From contig CM059431.1 of NCBI GenBank assembly GCA_030390025.1, positions 107,572,001 to 107,636,000 on the forward strand: a DNA stretch of 64,000 bases. Direction: 5' to 3'. A program made the position numbers and the translations under genes. Numbering within the stretch: position 1 is the stretch's first letter; every line of letters starts with the position of its first letter. The DNA comes from Squalus acanthias (lineage: Eukaryota). Below, piece by piece: positions 48,344 through 60,482 of the stretch. The notes beneath the pieces are model-generated. The model ran no database searches, had not been told where the DNA came from, and saw only the letters and a list, made by a program, of their open reading frames with translations.

Positions 48344-48683
48344 GATAGCAAAATACTGCGGATGCTGGAAATCCGAAATAACAACAGAAAACGCTGGAAA
48401 AGCTCAGCAGGCCAGGCAGCATCCATGGAGATAGAAACAGAGTTAACGTTTCAGGTCGAAGACCTTTCGTCAGAACTGGAAAAAAGCAGGAAATGAAACA
48501 GATTTAAAGCAAGGATAAAGCTGGGAAAAGGGGGAGGGGATGAAAGAACAAAAGGAGAGATTAAGAGACATTAAGAGATAATCAAGACAAGAGGAGGTGT
48601 TGATGTAACAGGTTGAGGCTAAATGAAGTGTGAAATGCACTGGCAGAATGAAGGACAGCTGCCAGCTTCTGGGAGGGAAAAAA
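48344..48683 (-). mobile_element. Penelope-like element 3' remnant
   Basis: Flanked by the 11-bp direct repeat ATGGCTTTGGC (48333-48343, 48684-48694); contains a hammerhead motif. Confidence 0.75.
48441..48477 (-). ncRNA. Minimal type-I hammerhead ribozyme motif, intact core
   Basis: Minus strand AGTT-CTGACGA-A-AGGTC-TTC-GACCT-GAAA-CGTT-AACT. Confidence 0.75.
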
Positions 48684-48994
48684 ATGGCTTTGGCCTTGTT
48701 AAATAGGAGAAAGCAATGGCTCAGCTAAGAAGTTAGACAGCGCAGTTGTGTTTGTCAAGTTAAGGGTGGTGATAAAAAGGTACTACTGGGCGTTGTAGGC
48801 ATACATATAGATGATGTTGCTGAGAGATACCATATACATCAAGAATAGGAGAGGATCGAGGATCGATTCTTGAGATGCAACTACAGGTGACAAAATAAAG
48901 ATCATTTTACACAAAGACTGGCTTGCTTTTATTTTATTTCAAGGTTTTGTTATTCCCAACTTTCTGCCAATGTCCCCAACTTTGATTCCCTGGT

Positions 48995-49235
48995 CATAGA
49001 ATCTGTAGAATTTTACAGCACAGAAAGAGGCCACTCGCACCTTGTGCGGCTCTCTGAAAGAGCTATGCAATTAGACCCATTTTCCTTGCCTTTTCCATTC
49101 CCCATGTATTTTTCCAATCTTCGTCCACTTCCTTTGTAAAAGCTATTATGGATTCGGCTTCCACCGCTGTTTGTGGTGGAGCATTCCAGGTCTTAACAAT
49201 ACTTCAAGTAAAACATTTCCACTTCATTCTTGTGG
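48995..49235 (-). mobile_element. Old CR1 3' fragment
   Basis: ACAGCACAGAAAGAGGCC 3'UTR motif and decayed WN region. Confidence 0.65.
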
Positions 49236-49680
49236 TGATGGTCGGTGTTCAGGTAACTGCTGCCAGACAGGTTGACAAGTGGGGCATCAAAATATTGGCT
49301 TAGGTTTTCTTGGACCAAGATAAGGGGAGAAACTAAACTCTCTTGGTCACTAATCAGTGGCCCCTGCTGGTAAATACCAACATTAGATGGTTGTGCTCAG
49401 TTTGAAAATTTCCATTGTTCAATTGCCCGCCCACTCTCTAGGCGATATGTATGAAGAATGGTCACTTATTTGAGGCACTGAAGGGTGTCTATCACCAGTG
49501 GAACTGTCACGAGTCAGTATCGTGAGGACAGAAGATAAAGGAAACCAGAGATAAAATTGCAACCGGCACACAATATGCCAACAGGAGCCACAATAGTGTG
49601 GATTTACTGAAGATTAAAGTTGCGCCAATACACATATAAAACAGCATCTTTAGATTCTATCATGTTCCTTTGCTATTAGT

Positions 49681-50147
49681 GTCAGCTGTGGCTCAGTGGG
49701 CAGCACTCTCGCCTTTGGGTCAGAAGGTTGTGGGTTCATAGTCCCACTCCAGAGACTTGAGCACAAAAATCTAGGCTGACACTGCAGTGCAGTACTGAGG
49801 GAGCGCTGCATTGTCGGAGGTGCTGTCTTTCAGATGAAACATTAAACCGAGGCCCCGTCTACTCTCTCTGGTGGATGTAAAAAAAATCCCATGACACAAT
49901 TTTGAAGAAGAGCAGGGGAGTTCTCCCCGGTGTCCTGGGCCAATATTTATCCCTCAATCAACATAACAAAAACAGATTATCTGGTCAATAACACATTGCT
50001 GTTTGTGGGAGCTTGCTGTGCACAAATTGGCTGCTGTGTTTCTTACATTACAACAGTGACTACACTCCAAAAGTACTTCATTGGCTGTAAAGCGCTTTGG
50101 GACATCCGGTGGTCGTGAAAGGCGCTATAGAAATGCAAGTCTTTCTT
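49681..50147 (+). mobile_element. Deu-domain-like SINE, full length
   Basis: A box TGGCTCAGTGGG, B-box-like GGTTCATAGTCC, core and tail present. Confidence 0.9.
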
Positions 50148-50222
50148 TAGTAATACTGTCAAATTCAAAATGATGTTTGTCCCATACTTTGATTACTTTA
50201 AATGAAGATAGTGGGTGAGGAC

Positions 50223-51668
50223 TATTCAAAAAGGTGGGTAGGGAAAAAGCAGGTAATTACAGACCTGTAAGCCTTACATCAGTTGTGGGCAAAATGCTGG
50301 AGTCCATCATTAAGGATGAAATAGCGGAGCACTTAGCAAATGGGGACAGGATAGGACAGAGTCAACATGGATTTACAAAGGGTAAATCGTGCTTGACTAA
50401 TCTATTGGAATTTTTTGAGGGAGTAACTGGTAAAATAGATGGGGGAGAGCCAGTAGATGTGGTGTACCTGGACTTCCAAAAGGCCTTCGATAAGGTCCCA
50501 CATAAAAGATTAGCATGGAAAATTGAAGCTCATGGGATAAAGGGGAAAGTATTGACGTGGATAGAGAACTGGCTGTCAGATAGAAAACAAAGAGTTGGAA
50601 TAAACGGCTCATTTTCTGAATGGCAGGCAGTAACAAGTGGGGTACCACAGGGATCTGTCCTGGGTCCCCAGCTGTTCACAATTTACATTAATGACCTGGA
50701 TCAGGGAGTCGGATGCAGCATTTCCAAATTTGCAGACGACACTAAACTAGGAGGGGGGGTGGGCTCAGAGGAGGAGACCAGGAAGCTCCAGAGCGATTTG
50801 GACAGACTGGGTGATTGGGCGGATAAATGGCAGATGCACTATAATGTGGACAAGTGCGAAGTTATCCACCTTGGGTGCAGGAACGGGAGGGCAAATTATT
50901 ATTTAAATGGCAATAAATTGAGAGAGGGGGAAGTACAGAGAGACCTGGGTGTTCTTGTACACCAGTCACTGAAGGCGAGCATGCAGGTGCAACAGGCGGT
51001 CAAGAAGGCAAACGGTATGCTGGCCTTCATAGCAAAAGGGTTGGAATACAGGAACAGGGATACCTTGCTGCAGCTGTACAGGGCACTGGTGAGACCACAC
51101 CTCGAGTACTGTGTACAGTTTTGGTCGCCTCATCTGAGGAAAGATGTTCTTGCCATGGAGGGGGTGCAGCGGCGATTCACCAGGCTAATACCAGGAATGG
51201 CGGGATTGACCTATGAGGAGAGACTATGTAGTTTAGGGATGTACACACTGGAGTTTAGAAGATTGAGAGGGGACCTCATAGAAGTGTATAAAATTCTGAC
51301 AGGTCTAGACAGACTAGATGCAGAAGGAATGTTTCCCTTGGCGGGTGAGAACAGAACTAGAGGACATAATTTAAGGATAAGGGCTAAACCATTTAGGACA
51401 GAAATGAGGGGGAATTTCTTCACTCAGAGGGTGGTGAACCTGTGGAACTCATTGCCACAGAGGGCAGTGTACGCCAGCTCATTAAATATATTTAAGAGGG
51501 AATTAGATATATTTCTACAGGCAAAAGGGGTTAAGGGTTACGGAGAGAAGGCGGGGACGGGATACTGAATTGGAGGATCAGCCATGATCTCATTAAATGG
51601 CGGAGCAGGCTCGAAGGGCCGGATGGCCTACTCCTGCTCCTATCTTCTATGTATCTATGTATCTATGT
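50223..51668 (+). mobile_element. Young 5'-truncated CR1 LINE
   Basis: Uninterrupted frame; (TATCTATG)n tail; AGGAC on both flanks (50218-50222, 51669-51673). Confidence 0.95.
50234..51568 (+). CDS. CR1 ORF2 reverse transcriptase plus C-terminus, 444 aa; endonuclease missing, not a host gene
   Basis: [45 protein letters not shown]. Confidence 0.9.
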   Translation: MGREKAGNYRPVSLTSVVGKMLESIIKDEIAEHLANGDRIGQSQHGFTKGKSCLTNLLEFFEGVTGKIDGGEPVDVVYLDFQKAFDKVPHKRLAWKIEAHGIKGKVLTWIENWLSDRKQRVGINGSFSEWQAVTSGVPQGSVLGPQLFTIYINDLDQGVGCSISKFADDTKLGGGVGSEEETRKLQSDLDRLGDWADKWQMHYNVDKCEVIHLGCRNGRANYYLNGNKLREGEVQRDLGVLVHQSLKASMQVQQAVKKANGMLAFIAKGLEYRNRDTLLQLYRALVRPHLEYCVQFWSPHLRKDVLAMEGVQRRFTRLIPGMAGLTYEERLCSLGMYTLEFRRLRGDLIEVYKILTGLDRLDAEGMFPLAGENRTRGHNLRIRAKPFRTEMRGNFFTQRVVNLWNSLPQRAVYASSLNIFKRELDIFLQAKGVKGYGEKAGTGY

Positions 51669-51796
51669 AGGACAGAAAGAAAGAATTTGCACTTATATAG
51701 CCTCTCTCAGATTCTGAAGACATCCCAAAGCTCTTCACGGCAATGAATTATTTTTGAAGTGCAGTCACTATTGTTTTGTAGGCAGCCAATCTGTGT

Positions 51797-52178
51797 ATCT
51801 CATTGAAACATACAAAATTCTTACAGGGCTTGACAATGTAGATGCAGGGAGGATGTTTCCCCTAGCTGGGAAGTCTAGAACCAGGGGTCACAGTCTCAGA
51901 ATAAGGGGTCGGCCATTTAGGACTGAGATGTGGAGAAATTCCTACACTCAGAGGGTGGTGAATCTTTGGAATTCGCTGCCCCATTGGGCTGTGGAGGCTC
52001 AGTCATTGAATATATTCAAGACAGAGACCGATAGATTTTTGGATATTAAGGGAATCAAGGGATATGGGGATAGTGCAGGAAAGTGGAGTTGAGGTAGAAG
52101 ATCAGCCATGATCTCACTGAATGGCGGAGCAGACTCGAAAGGCCGAATGGCCGACTCCTGCTCCTATTTCTTATGTAT
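51797..52178 (+). mobile_element. CR1 3' fragment inserted in a decayed minus-strand Deu-like SINE (51674-52280)
   Basis: LIETYKILTGLD...WNSLP; SINE sequence on both sides. Confidence 0.85.
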
Positions 52179-54554
52179 CTTAAAGTTCCACAAACAGCAA
52201 GTGAGATACATTAATCTCTTTTGGTTGAGAGATAAATTTTGGCCAGGAGAAATCCCTGCTCTTCTTCAAATAGTACCAAGGGATCTTAATGCATCAACCT
52301 GATTAAATTACTCACAGATGAATCACATCTATGTTATTAGTGGTAACCAAATTTCTGCTCAATCCTACTGCGAATAAAAGAAGAGAAGAATAAATCAAGA
52401 CTACTTTTCTGCTTGCAAGACAAGATGGCACACAATAAAAACTGGAGGGGGGCTCAGAAATCATAAGCCTTTGACTTATCTGGAGGAGGTCATTCTGGAT
52501 GTGCTTGTACATAAAAGCATGGCGGGTGTACGGGGAGGTGAAGCCACAAGCTTCCCCAAGCTCAGGGTGTGTACCATCCAGCTGATATGTTCTTCCTCCT
52601 TCTCAGTCACTCCCACGCAGATGTATACACAAGCAACAAAGATCACACTGTATTCCAAAGAGAATCCTGTAGGATAGTCTGGTGGAACCGAGCAAAAAAA
52701 AGCTCTGCTGCCCTGGAGAGGTAGATCTCAATTGGTGAGATACCTGTTTTAAGCTTAGCGTGAGTTAGCTTTGCCTGAGCACTTCTGAGCTGCTGATTAC
52801 AGATGCTTGTGAGCAGGTCTCCCCTTAACCATACTGTATGGTAGGGAGAAGGAGACAATCTAAAACAACATGAAGCAGACGAGCACACCAAAATAGTAAT
52901 TTAACTTGGAACATCATGTAATTGGTAAAATATGTAATTTGGTCCATGTGTCCTCCTGGACTGATGTTGATCACCTGAGGGGGTCGGAGAGGAATTTTCC
53001 ATGGCATTTTTTTTCCCATATTGTCCCTGGGTTTTTTTTCTCTCTTTTTTTGCTTCCTTCCAGGAGATTACATGACTGCGGGGCGGGAGGGGGCGGCGGG
53101 GGGGCGCGGATTGGGAGGTGGGCGGGGGCTGGGAGGGGGTGGGGAAGTTTAGTCATGATGGTCCAGCCATCGTGGTGTGTGGGGCAGGCTTGATGGACCA
53201 GCTGGTCTTTTCCTGCCCGTCTCTTTTGTATCTTGCGTATATTCCTCTCTTCCTTTCTTCAAGACTGCCTTCTGCGCAAAAGTAAACAGTCTTTCTGCAG
53301 CATTTTTAATTAATCGATCAACGTTAACTTAATCTCCGCACATTCTATTCTGGAATCCAAATTTATTTATTGGCCTAAGTTGCTTCTGGCCCTTAGGGGG
53401 AAAGCAGAATGAATAAAATGCGTAGTTATTACTATAAATCAATTTTGTTTTTATAATGCTTCCACTACACCTCCTACAAAGATAGAAGAAATTGGGTCAT
53501 TATTTGAATGTTTTTATGAGCCTCAACCTAAGCCAAGCTCAGCATCATAAAACTACAGCAGGATAAAACAAGAAATGAGGTTGGTGTCTGTCTGATCCTT
53601 TGATTTATTTTACAGCAATTCAATTCAGACAAGTCTTTTTCGTTCAGTATTACCCACCAGACAGCAGCGATACAAGTTGGCTGACTACCGAAGAAAATAT
53701 GGGCAAACAATTCACATTGTATTCATTACTTTATAAACCTGCAGTGCAAAGAGAAAAAGGGCAATCCAATTTTCAATACTGAATCTAGATTTGGTTTCAA
53801 AAAAGCTCAGCCAAGCAGCGTGCCGTAAAGTCCACCCCTACCAGTAGGTAGTCCTTTGTGAAGTAACGCCATAGTCCGGATGGGAAGAACATTTATCAAC
53901 TGGAACAGCTGGAAAAATAGAAGCACTGGTATAAATATCTAAAAAGAGTTACACTGTGTCATATTGAATAGAACACAATTGTATAAAATATATTTGCCCA
54001 CCACATTAATGTAGTGTGTTAATAAATGAGTTGCCACCTCCGTTAAAATAGCAGAACATGTTAATGCTTCTCACAGCCTAGTTTTCAGGCCTCTATGAAT
54101 CATCAAATAGAGGAAAATATTCTCCAAAGGTCTAGTACACACACTTAACGCACTCACTCACGCCCCATTCCTCTGGGCGCTATTTTTACGCAGGAGTTAA
54201 CGTTTTTATTTTAAATGTCTAAACATAGAGAACAGAGGACTATACTACCTGCATATGGAATATATACCCAGTAATTCTTGGAGTCATCCTACGTAAAAAT
54301 GTGCTTAGTTATTAATTTTTGAGGTTTTTTTTACAAATTGATAAAGCTGTTTTCAATTTGCAAGAAGTGGGGGTCAAAATAATCCCCACCTTCATGCAGA
54401 GCACACATCAATCAATAATAGTTCTATTCAGCAAGAAAAGCATTAATGGAAGGTAAGATAAAGATTTTAGCATGGTTCTGATCATTTCTCAACTCATCCT
54501 CTCCTTAAGATGTTGGCTCATGCTGGGGTATAGCTGATTGGCCATTTTTCATGT

Positions 54555-54945
54555 AGAATCATAGAGAGATACAACACAGAAGGAGGCCATCTGGGTATTG
54601 TGCCTGTGCCGGCTCTTTGAAAGAACTAACCAATTAGTCCCACTTCCCCTGCTCTTTCCCCATATCACTGCAATTTTTTCCTTTTCAAGTATTTATCCAA
54701 TTCCCTTTTGAAAGTTACTATTGAATCTGCTTCCTTTTGGGCAGATTGATCATAACAACTTGCTGCGTAAACATTTTTTTCCTCATGTTGCCTCTGGTTC
54801 TTTTGCCAATAACCTTAAATCTGTGCCCTCTGGCTACCGATCCTCCAGCCACTGGAAACAGCTTCTCCTATTTACTCTATCAAAACTCTTGAGGATTTTG
54901 AAGACCTCTATCAAAGCTCCCCTTACCCATCTCTTCTTTAATGAG
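54555..54945 (-). mobile_element. CR1 3' fragment
   Basis: Colinear with 40300-40669. Confidence 0.8.
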
Positions 54946-55277
54946 ATCAACAATGTGTGAACTAAGTCTGTGTCAGCTGAAAGCGAGGAGGGGAGGTGGG
55001 GGCGGGAGGGGAATCACAGTTGTGTCCAGTCCTGTGCTCACCTATCATCCAGATAACTAACACGTTTCAGAAAAGGTCACTGCACCAGGAGCAAGAATCC
55101 GAGCTGAGTTTTCTTCCCTGAGTCCAAGGGCATTCAGGCCAATTGTTGTGCCTACTGTCAGCCGCACTGTGATCAGCTAATTCAGTACAACCAGGAATTA
55201 AACTTGTGATCTTCTGGCCTGTATGGATCAATTATATATTGCCTTCACCAAGGATACAGCCTTTGATAGCTACATCA

Positions 55278-56407
55278 AGGGACCTGGGTGTCCTTGAACA
55301 CGAATCACAGAAAGTTAACATGCAGGTACAGCAAGCAATTAGAAAAGCAAGTGCTATGTTAGCCTTTATTACAAAGGGATTGGACTATAAGAGTGAAGAA
55401 GTCTTACATAGAAACATAGAAACATAGAAGATAGGAGCAGGAGTAGGCCATTCGGCCCCTCGAGCCTATTCCGCCATTTAATGAGATCATGGCTGATCAT
55501 CCAAATTCAGTATGCTGTCCCTGCTTTCTCCCCATATCCCTTGATCCCTTTAGCCTTAAGTAATATATCTAACTCCTTCTTGAATATATTTAATTAATTG
55601 GCCTCAACTGCCTTCTGTGGTAGAGAATTCCACAGGTTCACCACTCTCTGGGTGAAGAAATTCCTCCTCATCTCAGTCCTAAATGGCTTACCCCTTATCC
55701 TTAGACGGTGACCCCTGGTTCTGGACTCCCCCACCATCGGGAACATCCTTCCTGCATCTAGTCTGTCTAGTCCTGTTAGAATTTTATAAGTTTCAATGAG
55801 AAATTTCAATAATTTACAGCAATTATATAGGAGCATAGTGAGACCACACCTGGAGTGCTGTGTACAGTTTTGGTCTCCTTATCTAAGGAAGGATATACTT
55901 GCCATACGGGGAATGCAACAAAGGTTCACTAGACTGATTCCTGGGATAAGGAGATTGTCCTATGAGAACAGATTGAGTAGACTAGGCCTATATTCCCTAG
56001 AGTTTAGAAGAATGAAAGATGATCTCATTGAAACATATAAAATTCTTAAAGGGCTTGACAGGGTAGATGCTGGGAGGATGTTTCCCCTGGCTGGGGAGTC
56101 TAGAACTAGGGGTCATAGTCTCAGAGTAAGAGGTCGGTCATTTAAGACTGAGATGAGGAGAGATTTCTTCACTCAGAGGGTTGTGAATCTTTAGAATTCT
56201 CTACCCCAGAGGGCTGTGGATGCTGAATTGTTGAGTATATTCAAGACAAAGATCAATAAATTTTTGGATACTAAGAGAATCAAGGGATATGGGAATAGTG
56301 TGGGAAGGTGGAGCTGAGGTAGAAGATCAGCCATAATCTTATTGAATGGCGGAGCAGGCTCGAAGGGCCGAATGACCTACTCCTCTTCCTTTTTCTTATG
56401 TTCTTAT
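55278..56407 (+). mobile_element. CR1 fragment split by an antisense CR1
   Basis: RDLGV...KSEEVL stops at about 55407 and resumes as LQQLYRSIVRPHLE at about 55814. Confidence 0.9.
55407..55800 (-). mobile_element. Nested CR1 3' fragment
   Basis: ORF 55594-55836 LIETYKIL...WNSLPQKAVEA; (CTATGTTT)n tail. Confidence 0.9.
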
Positions 56408-57504
56408 AACTGTATTTGAAAGCCTGGGGCTGCCTTCTGTTAACAGCAGACTACAACCTGCCTTAGATACAACTGATTATCAATGTAATTTGATGCCTCA
56501 AACTATATGGACTGAGGATAAGCTGTTGATATTATGGTGCTAGAACGTATATGTCAAGCAGGGATCAGCATTATAGACTTTACTTAGGTTTTGTTTTTAT
56601 TTGTGAAGCCTATATGAATTCTAGTGCAAGGTTCTCTCCAGATCACTGTGGAAAGTGGACACATACACACCCTGTTTAGATACGCCAAATATATTCACTA
56701 GGCTGCTGAGATTTACAAATCTACATTGACGATGTGCTACTAGGCACTGTTGGACACATACCTACTATTAGACTGTAAGGTATTAAAATAGGATCCTTTA
56801 TTGTTCACACTCTTAGCTTTGTCGGTGTGATTACACTTAAAGATGGCAGACATCCATCTGGACAACATTATAGTGATAAACGTGTCATAAAGATGGAAAA
56901 TCATCTTCTTTAAATGTGAAGGAGAATTTTGACCCTTTGTGTGTGCATGTATCACAGCTAAAAATTAACTTAGAGAAGTCTAGAGCGAGGCATAATTTCT
57001 CTTCCTCCTTTTCAGTTCATGTGTTTGATTGTCATACTGTTTATTTTAGGTACTTTGGAAATAATAATAAAATGTTATTAGGACTTTAAAAAATGGAAAA
57101 ATTATACTTAGAGACTGTGGCATAGGATCGCAACGGACATCGTTTTGTGACTGAAAATGTATTCACTGCTGAGAAGATAATACATAATAAATATAAAGTC
57201 ACTTGAACCACTTGATCTCACATATTCTGCAAGTGGTGTCATGACAATAGTAAAGCTGGGTGGAAGCAATCTCACTCTATTTATAGAGGAGTGTGAGCTT
57301 CCATCTTATCTGGGAATCTGTTATTGAGGTAATACCTGTGCACTTTGCTTATTCTGACATCCCTAACAGCATCCTGATTTTTTGTTGATTAAATGCAGGC
57401 ATTCAGAAAAAAAGCAGCTGATTTGTTATTTTACCAGTTAGAATAGGACAAATTGTGGTCGAATAGATTGCTAGTTGCTTCTGTCTACCAGTATATATAT
57501 TTTT

Positions 57505-57735
57505 TTATTCGTTTATGGGATCTGGGTGTCACTGGCAAGGCCAGCATTTATTGCCCATCCCTAATTGCCCTTGAGAAGGTGGTGGTGAGCCGCCTTCTTG
57601 AACCGCTGCAGTCCGTGTGGTGAAGGCGCTCCCACAGTGCTGTTAGAGAGGGAGTTCCAGGATTTTGACCCAGCGACAATGAAGGATCGGCGATATACTT
57701 CTAAGTCAGGATGGTGTGTGACTTGGAGGGGAACT
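57505..57735 (-). mobile_element. LINE 3' end, putative partner of SINE family 2
   Basis: SFIVAGSKSWNSLS...FKKAAHHHLLKGN* followed by a 3'UTR matching the SINE family 2 tail. Confidence 0.8.
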
Positions 57736-59119
57736 TTTATATGGGACATTCCGCTAACATATACTTGCGATGATAAAATTGTGCAAACATGTTTTTTTTC
57801 CCCATGTCCCTAATATCTGAGAAGACAACAAATATTTCTCTGGGACACATTATAGTAACCAGTCCTCTATGGACTATTTATATCAGTATATTTCAATCCA
57901 TTATGGCGAATCCCTCTAAACGTATGCCGCAGCATGTTGTAGCTCAAGTGCCGATGCTGAACTACAAAATAATGTTTCTGACGAGTCCAGTCAGATCTGA
58001 ATCCCTGGTCATAGTCCTCTGGCCAGCAGGTTACATCTCGTTCAACCCCACCTGTACTTGATCTTCCTCACTCATGCTCTGTGCCTCTCCAATTGCTCCC
58101 TCCTGCAACTCGCTGCCTGATGCCCTCTCCCAGATTGGATATGTCTCTGATGGCGCTAGCCATTGTAGAAGTGGGTTGCTGTGAGTTACTTAGTGGAGGC
58201 TCGACCACCTTCTCCTCTTAGGCACCAAGTGGAGCAGAAGAAGAATATATTTTACAATACCTACAGTAAGAAACATAAGTGCACATGGCAGGGGATTGTA
58301 ATGTATTAGGATAACACCACCTTATGCGAGCTTGTTAAACTTAGAGCTGTAAGGAACATCATAGTGGCATCATACATATCAAACTAGAAAATTAGCAAAA
58401 GATGACCAAAAGCTTCCAAAAACCTGACATAATCTCAGAAATGCTGACAGCTCACAAACAGCACTGAACGCAAACCTATGAAACATGAAGTCATGGAGTT
58501 AGATTGAGGGTGCGGTGCTACACAGGCTTGTCATAACCTGCACTGCAGATATACCCTCAACGGTCTATTGCTTTTATTGCAGTACAGTCACCGGCAGTGG
58601 TGATTTAGAAATTACTGAAGAGAGATGTGAGTGCTGAAGGCATGAGAATTTGTTTACATGTGGACATGGCCCTTCCAGAATATTGAGATTTTTGCCACCT
58701 GAGTGGGTGCATCTTTCAGCCTACTGTAATTATGAATGTGAGTCTCAGCATAATTCATAAAAAATTAAGTAAACAGCCCATCACTCCAAACCCAATCCCT
58801 ATTTTATTTCTAAATCTTGGCAAATCTACACGTGCGGTGAGAGGAATTGTCAAATAAAAGCAGTTAATGCATTAACATCCAAGAACCATCCACCTTATCT
58901 CAAAACCAGCCGCAGATAACGTTGAAGTAAAGAGACCTTCACATGAGATGACAATCAGGCTTGCCCCAGAAAATTCTTTTTCAGGAAATAATAGACGCAT
59001 GTTAGCAGTTTATTTGTCATATATAACTTCTAAAGGGTGAAAAAAAACTCATTTAAGGTCATTTAAAAATGTTCTGCTGCATTTGTGCACAACGAACAAT
59101 GGGAAAAAGAAAGAGGTCA

Positions 59120-59420
59120 TTCATGATCTCAGGACATCCCAAAGCACTTTACAGCCAATGATGTACTTTTGAAGTGTAGCCACTGTTGTAATGTAGGAAA
59201 CACGGCAGCCAATTTGCGCACAGCAAGCTTTCACAAACAGCAATGTGATAATGGCCAGATCATCTGATTTAGTGATGTTGGTTGAGGGATAAATATTGGC
59301 CAGGACACCGGGGATAACTCCCCTGCTCTTCTTCAAAATAGCAGCATGGGATCTTTTACGTCCACCTGAGAGGGCGGATGGGGCCTCGATTTAACATCTC
59401 ATCTGAAAAATGGCATCTCT
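59120..59420 (-). mobile_element. Deu-domain-like SINE fragment
   Basis: Reverse complement of the family core and tail. Confidence 0.85.
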
Positions 59421-60269
59421 GCAAGTAACATCTGAATTCCCACCCTCCACCTCTCAAAGGCTCCAGTCCCACCCACCTACCAAACGATCTGATTGGTTGA
59501 TACAAACAACCTCCAATCTCAGTGAAAAATGTTGATTTTGCTTGCAAAATGCTGACAAGCTGGGTTGGAAATTTGACTGAATGCTGACAGTTGGGCATGT
59601 AAGTGGCATAGTACTTAATGTTCGATACGTGACCCTTTTAACGAAATAACACAGGCGGCACTGTGGTATGGCAACATGGGTGGAACAGAAGAAAATGAGC
59701 ATGGCTGTGCATTTACAAAAATCAGCAGTTGGCAAGGTTTCCTATGGGGTGTCAAGTTTACAGTGTGGAGCAATAAAGAAGCTAGGCAAGACAACCTACT
59801 TAGATGTTAGCACATGTCTGCACATTTACCTGGTCAACCATACACAGGCCAACAAATGTCTTCCCTCACCGGTGCCCAGATTCAGCTCACAGAAGAGACT
59901 GCATGATGCACTTTGTCACCTCCACCCCTACTGCTCTGGATGTAGTCTTTATTGCGGGTTGACCCTCTCCACCAAATAGGGCCACCCTTCACTGCAGGAC
60001 ATCCTGCAGCAGGAACTGAATGTGGCCACCATGCCTCCCACCATTTTTAACAAAGAAAAAAAAATACACCTTCAGGGACATCCAGCAGCCCTTTAAGTGC
60101 TGCTGGTGCAGGAAATTCCACCCTTCCCATCTCAGTGTACTCCGTGCATGCTACATGCTGGAAGTGCTGTCCCAATACATTAACGAGCTGACCTCACATT
60201 CTTGAGCCCTGTCCATATATCTTTCCAGTTAAATGGATTTTGCATTATTGCCTGATCTATTACAAACTG

Positions 60270-60482
60270 TCATGATGTGGAGATGCCGGTGTTGGACTGG
60301 GGTGGACAAATGTGAGAAGTCGCACAACACCAGGTTATAGTCCAACAGCTTTATTTGAAATCACAAGCTTTTGGAGCGCTGCTCCTTCGTCAGGTCACCT
60401 GACAAAGGAGCAGCGCTCCAAAAGCTTGTGATTTCAAATAAAGCTGTTGGACTATAACCTGGTGTTGTGCGACTTCTCACAT
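60270..60482. mobile_element. Penelope-like inverted terminal-repeat insertion with degenerate hammerheads
   Basis: 87-bp inverted arms (60309-60395, 60397-60483), 1-nt loop, 1 mismatch; TSD TATTACAAACTG (60258-60269, 60483-60494). Confidence 0.85.

Noticed and set aside
49681..49755. tRNA-like sequence with A and B boxes (also at 61782 and at the window start)
   Set aside because: It runs directly into the SINE body, so it is a SINE head and not a tRNA gene.
53616..53782. Acceptor-like site with open frames
   Set aside because: No convincing donor and no recognisable product.
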